The position numbers were made by a program, and so were the translations under genes. Shown in pieces: positions 1 through 11,500 of a DNA stretch of 64,000 nucleotides. This stretch comes from Malacoraja senta (taxonomy: Eukaryota): positions 13,206,001 to 13,270,000 of the forward strand of contig CM075988.1 in assembly GCA_038087875.1 (NCBI GenBank), given 5' to 3'. The notes under the pieces were generated by a model. The model was not told the origin of the DNA. It worked only from the letters and a program-made list of their open reading frames with translations, and ran no database searches. Within the stretch, counting starts at the first letter, position 1. Each line of letters begins with the position of its first letter.

Positions 1-870
1 CGTATCACAGATGGGGATGAGTCAGAGTAAAGAAGAGAGATCCAGCGACTGTCCATATGGTGCCAGCTCAATAACCTGGCCCTCAACACCAGCAAAACCA
101 AGGAACTGATTGTAGAGTTTGGAAGGATTAGGATGGGGACCCACAGTCCCGTTTATATCAACGGGTCGATGGTTGAAAGGGTCAAGAGTTTCAAATTCCT
201 GGGCGTGCACATCTCTGAAGATCTTTCCTGGTCCGAGAACACTGATGCAATTATTAAGAAAGCACATCAGTGCCTCTACTTCCTGAGAAGATTACGGAGA
301 GTCGGTTTGTCAAGGAGGACTCTGTCTAACAGGTGCACAGTAGAGAGCATGCTGACCGGTTGCATCGTGGCTTGGTTCGGCAACTTGAGCGCCCTGGAGA
401 GGAAAAGACTACAAAAAGTAGTAATCAATGCCCAGTCCGTCATCGGCTCTGACCTCCCTTCCATCGAGGGGATCTATCACAGTCGCTGCCTCAAAAAGGC
501 TGGCAGTATCATCAAGGACCCACACCATCCTGGCCACACACTCATCTCCCCGCTACCTTCAGGTAGAAGGTAAAGGAGCCTGAAGACTGCAATGACCAGG
601 TTCAGGAATAGCTACTTCCCCACAGCCATCAGGCTATTAAACTTGGCTTGGACATAAACTCTGAACATTAATAGCCCATGATCTGTTTATTTGCACTTTA
701 TCAGTTTATGTATTCATGTGTGTATATATTTATATAATGGTATATGGACACACTGATCTGTTCTGTAGTCAATGCCTACTATGTTCTGTTGTGCTGAAGC
801 AAAGCAAGAATTTCATTGTCCTATCAGGGACACATGACAATAAACACTCTTGAATCTTGAATCTTGAATC
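1..870 (+). mobile_element. Rex1/Babar-type non-LTR retrotransposon 3' fragment
   Basis: ORF 133-573 (KKAHQCLYFLRRL...VESMLTGCIVAWFG) typical of the post-RT region; ends in a (CTTGAAT)n tail. Confidence 0.8.
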
Positions 871-1669
871 CAGTAATTCTTCAAAAATTACATGTGGTTT
901 ACATAAAATATCACCAAACGTGCACAGCAATAACTTTTGATACCATGAGGAAAATGTAGAATGGCTCGCGTGTTTTATAAAGACTGAACGATATAGTTGG
1001 CCAGCAATTATGTATTGCTATCATTGATTTTTACGCTCCCATTGCAGATATTATGCGTAAACTCTAATTAAATGCTGGACTTGAGTAAAGAATTGTAGAT
1101 CCCCTCTATCTAGCAAAAAATTTGACTTATCATGCAGAATCCATTGCCCCAATTATAACCATGTAAGAATGAGATGCTTCTCATCAGGCACACACCCCGC
1201 CTGAGATCATCGCCCACCAACTCTGGAACTGTCTGAGGTGACTCAAGAAGGTGACCCAAAATCAAACCTATTTCCATATTGGCACAGGAGGTAGGCCTCT
1301 CACAACAGACGTGGATAGAATAGTAAGATAATCCACAGTCGCACATCTCATGCAATGGCTTCATCACTGATGCATTTGTAAGGGTCTGATTTAGGTAGAT
1401 TTATTTCCAATGATAGCTCTTACATGGAGAGCTCTTACATGTGCATATGTCCAGTTGATTTCGTTACAAATTTTCTGAGGCATTAAAATAAAGACAAATG
1501 AGGAATTTATTTATCAATGCTTTGGACAACCTTCTCAAATCCAACATTCTTAAAGAAATATTTTGCCATTACAAACAGCCCCAGGCCCATATAAGGAGGT
1601 TTTTGGCTATTTCTTTCTCAACTTAAACTCAATACCGGTGAGTTTACTAAATTGGCATAATTTCTAGAG

Positions 1670-2830
1670 TCGTGGAGTCATACAGCACGGAAACAGGCCC
1701 TTCACCTCAACTGGCCCATGCCGAGCAAGATGCCCCATCTTTACTGGTCCCACCTGCCCATGTTGGCCCCATATCCCTCTGAACCTTTTCGACCATGTAC
1801 CTGTTCAAATGTCTTTCAAATACTGTTGTCGTACCTGCTTCAACTACCTCCTCAGGCAGCTTCTTCCAGAAACCCACTACCCTGTGTGTAAATGTTGCCT
1901 CTCGGGTTCCTATTAAATCTTTTCTCTCTCACCTTATACATATGTTCTCAGGTTCTTGATTCCCCTACTGTGGGTAAAATACCCTGTCCATTCACCCTAT
2001 CTATTCCTCACATGATCGTATATACCTCGATCACAGCATCCATCATCCTCATACGCTCCAAGGAATAAATTTCCAGCCTGTCCAGCCTTGATTTGATTTG
2101 ATTTGATTTTGATTTAATGTATTGTCATTGTCTTCAATTAAGAGACAACGACATTCTCTTTCCCTCACAGTCATACAAAAAATAAAAATAAATAGCCTCT
2201 CCCTATAGCTCAAGTCCCGGCAACATTAAGACAATAGACAATAGGTGCAGGAGTAGGCCATTCGGCCCTTCGAGCCAGCAGCGCCATTCAATGTGATCAT
2301 GGCTGATCATCCCCAATCAGTACCCCGTTCCTGCCTTCTCCCCATGTCCCCTGACTCCGTTATTTTTAAGAGCCCTACCTAGCTCTCTCTTGAAAACATC
2401 CAAAGAACCTGCCTCCACCACCCTCTGAGGCAGAGAATTCCACAGACATCCTCGTAAATCTTCTCTGAACCCCTTCCAGTTTTATATTTGACCATCAGAT
2501 GGTGCAAGAGCTACACTAGGATTCAGTACATAAATCAAAGTGCAGATAACTGCAGCAAATGTAGCAACAGTTTTTTTCTGAAAGCAAGAAAACTACAAAT
2601 ATGGAGCCAAGTAAAAGTCCGATAATCTGACACACTTGGGAATTTGGAAGATGGTTCATTGTTGGAAGTTGGTTGATCTTTAAGAGCCCTATCTAGCTCT
2701 CTCTTTAAAGTATCCAGAGAACCGGCCTCCATCAACCTCTGAGGCAGAGAATTCCACAGACTCACAACTCTCTGTGAGAAAATGTGTTTCCTCGTCTCCG
2801 TTCTATATGGCTTACTCCTTATCCTTAAAT
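1670..2830 (-). mobile_element. Cluster of CR1 LINE 3' fragments
   Basis: Reverse copies of the LWNSLPQ/ELDRAL coding end and the gggccgaa..ggcct 3' UTR. Confidence 0.7.
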
Positions 2831-3318
2831 TATTTCTTAAATTCTTAAATAGTATTTACTTTAGCTACCTCAACAAAGTAATTGGTTCTTGTTTGATACC
2901 CTTATTTTTCCAAGGTAGAATTGGTCTTCTTTGCTGACTATCTAGCTTCTCCACATAAATGCTTTTCTTCTTCATCTGCAAAGCAGTTAATGGGCCAATT
3001 TATCACATAAGCCATCGTACTCAAGTACGTTGATTTCTCACAACTGATCACCACTGGGAAAGGCCTAGATATTTCACCAAATAGGGTGTAAAAGGTAGTC
3101 ACCATCATGGAGAGATACAGCGTGAAAACAGACACTTTGACCCACCAAATCTGTGCCAACATATTATATTTTATCATTATACTATGTTATATTACATTTA
3201 ATGCACCAAACCAAATGTCTTTTAAGCACATAACTGCTATGTTAAATGTATGCACAAGGTGGCGCACTGGTAGACAAGATAGGAACAGCATCTACAGTGC
3301 CAATAGGTATAACTATGA

Positions 3319-3518
3319 AGGTACACAAAAATGCTGGAGAAACTCAGCGGGTGCAGCAGCATCTATGGAGCGAAGGAAATAGGCAACGTTTCGGGCCGAA
3401 ACCCTTCTTCAGACCCTCACTACCATCCCTTCGCTCCATAGATGCTGCTGCACCCGCTGAGTTTCTCCAGCATTTTTGTGTACCTTCGATTTCCAGCATC
3501 TGCAGTTCCTTCTTTAAC
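3319..3518. mobile_element. Fold-back Penelope-end element with 60-bp perfect arms and 14-bp TSD
   Basis: Arms 3317-3376 and 3428-3487; AGGTATAACTATGA at 3305-3318 and 3519-3532. Confidence 0.8.
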
Positions 3519-4004
3519 AGGTATAACTATGATATGGCCTTGTACAGATGCAGAGCAGTTCCACATATGCAATATAAGAGGTTAGTTCACAATCTGACCC
3601 CAGACTATAATACACAAGAGTAGAGTGAAAATCAAGTAAACACTTTAATGCCTCTGTTTATCACCTTCTCTATGATCTTCTCCCTACGAATCTAAAATTC
3701 AGTTGGGCCATTTCTTGCATCTCTCCCTTTTTCTGTAGCTCTCTGTCTCTGTCTCAGAAGGCTAACAATCTAGTGACATTTAATATAGTCCAACTGACTC
3801 CCATAATGATCTTGACAAGACTTCCTCCCAAATGGTCTCTTTTAAACATAGAAAATAGGTGCAGGGCGAGGCCATTTGGCCCTATGAGCCAGCACCACAG
3901 TGCTGTAAGTTCACCTTTCTTTCCTTTTCTCTCAGTCACCTTTTCTGTTGCAACTATTCTCAAGAAGAGACTTTCCTTTCCAGAACTTAGGCTCTGGTGA
4001 AGGT

Positions 4005-4285
4005 ATTTTCATCATAGGTTTAAGGTAATAGGGGAAAGGTTTAATAGGAACCTGATAGGGTGGAGGGTGCATGGAACGAGCTGCCAGAGGAGGTAATTGA
4101 GGGAGGTACTATCGCTTGCAGCGTTTAAGAAACATTTAGACAGGTACATGGATAGGACAGATTTAGTGGGATATGGACCAAACGCAGACAGGAGGGTCTA
4201 GTGTAGTTGGGACATGTTGGCCAGTGTGAGCAAGTTGGGCCAATGGGCCTGTTTCCACGCTGTATGACCCTATGACTCTATAACA
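4005..4285 (+). mobile_element. CR1 LINE 3' end
   Basis: tggaacgagctgccagaggag...gggcctgtttccacgctgtatgac tail. Confidence 0.7.
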
Positions 4286-4379
4286 TCTCAAATGTCCTCC
4301 AGGAAATGTGATTTCTCCTCTGCTGTGGTCGATGGACCTCCTGTTTACATTTCCTCCATTTAACAAAGATACTATTCCC

Positions 4380-4905
4380 TTGGTCTTTACCTTTCACCTT
4401 TCCACCAGCAGCGATGGGATCCCACCAGTAGTCACATCTTCCCCATCCCATCTCTTCCTGCTTTCCACAGGGACCATTCCCTCTGCCACTCACTAATTCA
4501 CTTATCCATTCCCACCCACCTCTCCCTGTCCCCTGGCACTTTCCACTGCAACCGTAAGAGATGCTACACTTGTTCCTACATCTCTGCCCTCACTACCATC
4601 CAGTGACCTAAACAGCACTTCCAGGTCAGATGTAGATTCACAATCTCATATGTAGGTCAAGCAGCTGCCTTGTGGAAGTGCTCTCTCCCTAATGGCTATT
4701 CGGATTTCCCAGTTGCCAGACCTTTCATCTCCCCTTCCTACTCACACTGACCAGTCTGTCCTAGGCCTTCTCATGACCATGGTGAGGCCTAATCCACATA
4801 GGAAGAACAGCACTTCAGATCTCATCTGGGTAATCTACAATTTAGTATGAACAATGAAAATTTGATTCATACATGTGTTCATATCTCCAATTTCAGGTAA
4901 TCCTG
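4380..4905 (+). mobile_element. Decayed Penelope-like fragment
   Basis: Similar to the GIY-YIG region of the 32905-33987 ORF. Confidence 0.65.
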
Positions 4906-5289
4906 TGCTCCCTTTTCTCTCATTTTTGCCATTGTGTAAAAAAGTTGCCCCTCAGATTCCTATTAATTCCCCCTTCACTTTAAATCTACGTGCTATAGGT
5001 TGAACAAGGGCGGAAAAAAACATTTTTCAGTGGTGCCACTGCAGGAAGTGGGAGTTAAACTTTATCGAAATGCTTCAATGGGGTGAAAGAAACTCATTTG
5101 AAGTAAGACAACCTTGCTGCAGCGAATTATAAAAAGGCACTGAAGTCACGCTGAAGGCGCATTGACTGGGGCAGTTGTTTTAGATGCTGTGACATGGTTT
5201 TTTATTCAGTTCTCTTCCAACACGCACTCTGTGGATTTCATCGACACAGATCCTCAGTGTTTGCTTCAACAAAGGCAGAGATATTAATC

Positions 5290-5335
5290 TAGGGAAAGTG
5301 AAAACTTCCTTCGGCTCGAACGTAACTTCCTCCGC
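5290..5335 (+). promoter_or_regulatory. ISRE (GAAAGTGAAA) abutting two ETS sites (ACTTCCT), ~190 bp upstream of the ATG
   Basis: agggaaagtgaaaacttccttcggctcgaacgtaacttcctcc; another CAGGAAGT near 5043. Confidence 0.5.
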
Positions 5336-5490
5336 TCAGTACACCCTCTGGCATTTCACAGTCTGTGCTATTCTCCGTCTGAGATGCGAGTTCACAGCGG
5401 ACGGATCATCCTCACTTGACATTTGCACGATTGGAGCTGGCCGCGGACGGAGAGTTTAACACTTCCAGGGACGGTCAGAACCAGGCAAAG

Positions 5491-5539
5491 ATGCAACTCC
5501 TCCTGAAGCTGCTTTTCCTCCTGCATGCAGGAACACAAG
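5491..5539 (+). CDS. IgSF exon 1, signal peptide MQLLLKLLFLLHAGTQ(G)
   Basis: ATG plus hydrophobic leader; phase-1 GC donor (CAAG|GCAAGT) in frame with exon 2. Confidence 0.8.
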
Positions 5540-8500
5540 GCAAGTTATGTTGATCGGACAATCTGTGGACCAAAGAGCCGTGATGGGGATCATCATTATG
5601 TGGCATGTTGCATCGATAGGTAGTTCAGGAGCGAGTCCGTTATTAAAACAGCAAGTCGATGAATATCTCTGCTCAAAGGCCGAGAAACCCTTCAAAAGAT
5701 TTAGTCTCCATTTAATCTATATTTTTAATGTTGGAATACAAGTTTTGCGTCTTCATTGCCTGCGATTGCCTGCAATGATTCAATTAGTTAAAACATTTGA
5801 GATATAATTCGGTCACTACAACTCCATCAGAGAGCACAAAGCAAGAATCTTACGAAGGTGTAGAAACGAGGAACAGCAGATTCTGGTTTGCAAGAGAAGA
5901 CGCAGAGGGCTGGAGCAACTCAGCGGGTCAGGCAGCATCCTTGGAGAACAGGAATAGGTGGCCTTTCGGGTCGGGACCCTTTTGCAGACTTTGAAAAGTC
6001 ATCTCATCCATGTGCTCCAGAGATGCTTCCTGACCCGCCGAGTTACTCCAGCCCTTTGTGTCTTTTCTAGCGTCCAAAGATCACGGTGCCACCAGCCACC
6101 GAATCTGCTGAGAGAAGGCATTTGCAACCATCATGGAAGCGAGAATCGTTTGAAAACGTCAGATTTGAATACGTTTCTTTTAAATATTGTTTCCGTTAGA
6201 AAACCCCTTGTTCGGTGTGTAAAGTGGATGTTTATTGAAGTACTAACGGGAGTATAATTGACAAATGTGTTTATTTTCCACCAGGAGTTCCGCTAATCAC
6301 AAATTTGACCCAGCCACGTCTGGTCAACGCGTGGAGAGGCGAGTCCGTCACGTTAAATTGTACATTTACTTATAATGGAAGTGTGAATGCCTGGCTCCGC
6401 GTTTCATGGCTTCGGACATCACCTGGAGAGTCTAAAGATACTTACAACACGAACAACTCGCTCTGCATTCCTCACCCCCTCTGGGGTGGTTTCAAAATCT
6501 GTACGGTATCACTGAAGATTGAAAATGTATCGGTTGGTCACTCTGATTACAACTACATTTGTGCGGTGAATGTACCAAGTGTCTTCCCTCCAATTCATGA
6601 AATGGGCCAAGGAACACGAATACAGGTTTATGGTAAAGTATTTGAAATACTATGATGATCTCCAGTCTCTGCACTTCATGTTTATGAAATCGATAATGTT
6701 AAACGCAGTGACATTTGAACCAAGCCATTTACAGATACTTTAACAGACATAATACCAAGCTGACCCAATTAGAAATAAGATGAAATGAACACATTTTGCT
6801 TCAACCTAAATGAATAAGGCATACTTAAGACGACACAAAGGGCTGGAGCAATTCAATGCGTCAGGCAGCATCCCTGGAGAACATGGATAGGTGACATATC
6901 GGGTCTAGATCTTCTTCAGACCATGTTCCCCTGAGATGCTGACTGACCCGCTAAGTTACTCCAGCACTCTGTGTTCTTTTGTAAACCAGAATCTGCAGTT
7001 CCGTGTTTCACAGAGGTATTTCAAGGTTGGTGTTTCCAGCTTTTTTTGTAAAACACGGCTTGTGATGTCTCATTTGATCTTAAATCGTATATGAATACCA
7101 ACAGTGACAATATTGCTCCATTTCTCTTTCATTTCACTTTCTATTCTGTCCATACCAAAGGATGAACTGGTTTTACAACAGTTTAAAAAAAAACTCTTTG
7201 AGATAGTTTGATTGACTGCATTCAGTTAGGATTCAGTTTGTGATAGATCTCACTCTAGCAATGGAGGAAGGGATGACAGGTCAGTATGGGAATGGAAAAG
7301 CGAATTGAAATGGATAGCAATTGGCAGCTCCTTCCCAGAGGGAGCAATGGTGGGTAGATGGGGATAGTGCATGGAAGGGAACATTTTAAGGGGAGTTCAC
7401 TTATTGTACTAAGAATTAATGGAAACAGAACTTAGCCAAGTCAAGCTGTTTATTACTTGACTTGCCTATTTCCTTCGCTCCATAGATGCTGCTGCACCCG
7501 CTGAGTTTCTCCAGCACTTTTGTCTACCTTCAAGCTGTTTATTGTCATTGGCACAAGAACGGTGAGGTACAGGTGTAACAAAAATCTGCACACAGAAACA
7601 TAAATTATAAGTAAATTGTTTATAAATCACATAAAATTCTACAAGACTAAAAAATGGAAGAAGACTGTAAAACACAATAAGAAAAACAAACAAGTCCATG
7701 GTGTTCCATTGTCGTGGGAGGATTGGGGTCGTGTGGGTTGGTTCAAAAAAGTTGTAGGAAAGTAGTGGTTTCTGAACCTGGTGGTGTGATACTGTAGGCT
7801 TTTATACCTCGCCCTATGGGAACAGTGAGAAGAGGGCATGGCCTGGATGGAGAGATAATAGATGCCACCATCTTGAGGCATGTAGGTAGGGAGGCCTGTG
7901 GCTGTGATTGCCTGAGCCTCTTGAGTTCCCGGGTATTGAAATTTCCATACCAGCCCAAGATGCAATCAGTCAGAATACTTCCTACAGTACATCAGTAGAA
8001 GTTTATTTGCATGTTGCATAACCTGCCAAATCTCTTTAAACTTCTAACAAAGTAGAGGCAGTGGCAGATCTTTTTCATGATTAGAGATTAGAGATTCCTT
8101 TATTTGTCATTCAGACCTTTCGGTCTGAACGAAATTTCGTTGCCTGCAGTCATACATATAATAATAAATACCAAAACACACAATAAACACAAATTAACAT
8201 CCACCACAGTGAGTTCACCAGGCACCTCCTCACTGTGATGGAGGCAAAAGTCTTAAAGTCTCTGTCTCTTCCCGCTTTGTTCTTCCTCTGCGCTGAGGCG
8301 ATCCAGGCTTCTGATGTTGTGACCCCGCCGGGTGATGGTAAGTCAGTCCCGCGGCTGAATCCGTGCTCCGCGACGGGCCGGTTCAAACTCCGCGGCCCGG
8401 GGTGGTCGAAGCTGCCGAAGCTGCTGCCCTCCAGTCCTGCGGACGCAGCTGTAGTTGCGGGAGCTCCAGAAAAACAGGTCATCCACCTGCGACCTGCGAG

Positions 8501-11500
8501 CTCCCAACGATGACGTCCACCGGGCCCGCGGCCGAGCCTCGGATTCAGGTCGCCACCAGCGTCCTCGGTCGCCACCGCCGGAACGCCACCGCAGCCCCGA
8601 AGCCGGCCAGCCCCGCGCTGGTAAGTCCTGGCACTGCCTCCGGAGCCTCGAGGTCAGTCGGTCGCAGTTGGAGTTGGAGGCCGGCAGCTCCGCCATTAGG
8701 CCTCGGCGCAGACGGAGGCAGAGAAGGGGGATACGACAAGAAAAAGTCGCATTCCCCCGAAGGTAGAGACAAAAATCATGTTTCATTACAGCTATGTGCT
8801 CTGCTTAAGAGAGGTCTTCTGAGATGTTATCATCCAGGAATTTGAAGTTGCTAACTCATTCCACCATTGACCCAATCTTAAAAACTACATGTTGTCGCCC
8901 GACTTCACCGTTCCAAAGTCAATGGTTCGCTACTTTGTTTTGTTGACCTTGAGTGAGAGTTTGTTGTTGCGGCACCACTCAACCAGTTGTTCCATCTCTC
9001 TCTTGCACACTAACTGATCACCACCCATAATTCAGCTAACCACAATGGTGTAATTGTTGAGTTTATAGATGGCATTGGAGCTATGCTTAGCCACATAGCT
9101 ATGGGTGAGAAAAGAGCAGAGCAGGGTGCTGAGGGGTTGGTCTCCTTGGTTTGCAATAATTAAGTCTGAGGAGCAATTAAATTGCAGTGCATTAAATTAT
9201 GTGAGGTCTCAACACACAAACCAGAAAGGACTTGGATCTTGTTGCCTGGAGTAACATGGAAGCATAGATGTACAGTATGTTAGCTGGTAGAAGAATTGGG
9301 TTGATGTTGTGAACAAACAAATTAACTCAATCAGTGGCAGTGACCGGAACTCATCACCTGAATGGGTAAAAGAAGTAGAAATCTTCACCAAATTTCATGT
9401 ACCTGAATGAGCACTTGAAGTGCATCACCTGCAGGGCTTTGAACTAGAGAAGTGAGAGTAAATTAAAAGTATGTTTTAGAGCAGCATGTATTCAATAGAT
9501 CTCCTACACCAGGGGTTCCCAACCTTTTTCGTCCCGTTTACCCCTGGCAACTTTAATAGGACATAACAATGTTATTTCACTTATTTATGAACAACTAATG
9601 ATGAACAGATGCCAGAACCAAACACAATCAGTCAATGAGAAAAAAAATGTACAAATCCAGAATCAACAAATTTACCCCCTGGGGGTAAATTTATCCCTGG
9701 TTGGGAATTCTTGTCCTACACCATAAATTTCTAGATGATTATCATTAACTCAAGCTTCCACTAATCTCTCACTGAAATGTTTTACTGTGCATTACGAGTA
9801 TTGTCAATACTAACCAAAAGATTACCGCATGTGAGTCTGTGTGATATACATAATCTCATTTAGCCAGGACCATGGAGTAATATTATAATGGTCCAGCATA
9901 TATTTGATCCTTGATGCTTCTCAGCTAAAGAAGGGCTCTATTATTATGATTCTACATCATTAACTTAACATATTCTCTATGAAAATAGAGCAGAATTTTG
10001 GACAATTTACTCTGTCAGTAAGTTTCACTAACATTGAAATGTGTGATATATAGTTTAATACTTTATGCTTTATCTTCTCTCAGATCATCCAGAAATGTAT
10101 ATACGGAGTGATACTTTGGTTGCTGGTCATGAATCCACTCTAATCTGCTCTGGCAGGGGATTGTACGGCAAGGATATCTCCTTTACATGGACATGCATTT
10201 CTACAAATATCACTGCACCAACTTTTGAAACAGTCAGGAATGGCACACTAGTTGCCACCAGTCATTACAAGATTGTCCAAGAGTGGAAGACAATGGGACT
10301 GTTTGCAGTTGTCAGATAAATCATTCCACTTTTGGACGACCAGCTGTAAATACAATCAAACTAAATATTATGTGTAAGTATCATCTTTGACTTTTGAAGT
10401 GGTATTCACTGTATTGCTAATCTTTGAATTCTTATTGTATGCACATTATTGTGTTATAACTGATATGTACTGTATATCACCATCTATACCAGTGTAACAG
10501 AATATCTTCTGCATCTACTTTACCTGCTCATTGATCCAGTTCCATTAGTTTTATCACTTACATGTTCTCTCGTTTATATTGTTCTCGGTTTCTTCTATTT
10601 TGCCTTTCTCTCTTGTCCTGTTACTCAGACCCAAAGTTTTAATTCACCTTTCTCAATTGCTTTAAATCAATCTGCCCCAAATACTCTATCTTCTTACTAT
10701 GATGATTATTTCCCAGATTTGAATCATTTTCAGTTAAGTTTGAAGCTTCCTTATAGATATCTCTTGGTAATCCTATGTGGTGTGTCACCCCATCTCCACT
10801 GAGGCAATCTCAAAGGCTAATCCTGCAAACCTTCCTTCTCAATCAGAGTTTGTGACACTTACAGGGTGGATCAATATTCATCAACCCTCTCCCTTCCACA
10901 TTCATATTCTGTCCTGTTCATTTTACAATTGGACTTTTGCCATCTAAGCCCTCATTGTGCGTGTGTGCATTGATAAAAGTATTTCAAGTATAACTAATTG
11001 CTCCTTCTCCAAACTTCTTGGCCAAGGACTCACAGAGGTTCTATGTTCCCTTTCACCAAAACTCACTTTCTTCTGTCCTTATCCATCTCCTGCAACACTT
11101 CACCCTTTTGCATCTCTGCTTGTTTTGTACTTCATATCTCTCCATTAAATTTATCTTTCTCTACCAACAAAAGTTGATTCTTCTCTCCCAGCTTTTGCAA
11201 TGAGTGGTATCTTCTTCTTGCTATTTTCAATGCGTGTCTTATGTACCTGTCTTAACCTTAGGTCTTTGATTTCATAGCCCTCTGTCCTGCATTAACTTTG
11301 TTTTCAATATCAACTCCTCTATTCATGGCCACACCAACAATATTCCCTTCTCATGTGTAGGAAGAAACTGCAGATGCTGGTTTAAAAAAAAGATAGACAC
11401 AAAATGCTGGAGTAACTCAGCGGGAGAAGGGTCTCGACCCAAAGCGTCACCCATGCCCTCTCCAGAGATGCTGCCTGTCCTGCTGAGTTACTCTCGTATT

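Noticed and set aside
1110-3250. Short ORFs upstream of the IgSF promoter
   Set aside because: No domain similarity and no consistent exon chain could be built.
6285-6660. Rearranging V gene segment
   Set aside because: V and the J-like strand are in one exon ending at a splice donor; no RSS heptamer/nonamer was seen.
8150-8845. Several overlapping 100-160 aa ORFs
   Set aside because: They lie in a GC-rich repeat insertion; low-complexity translations with no domain signature.
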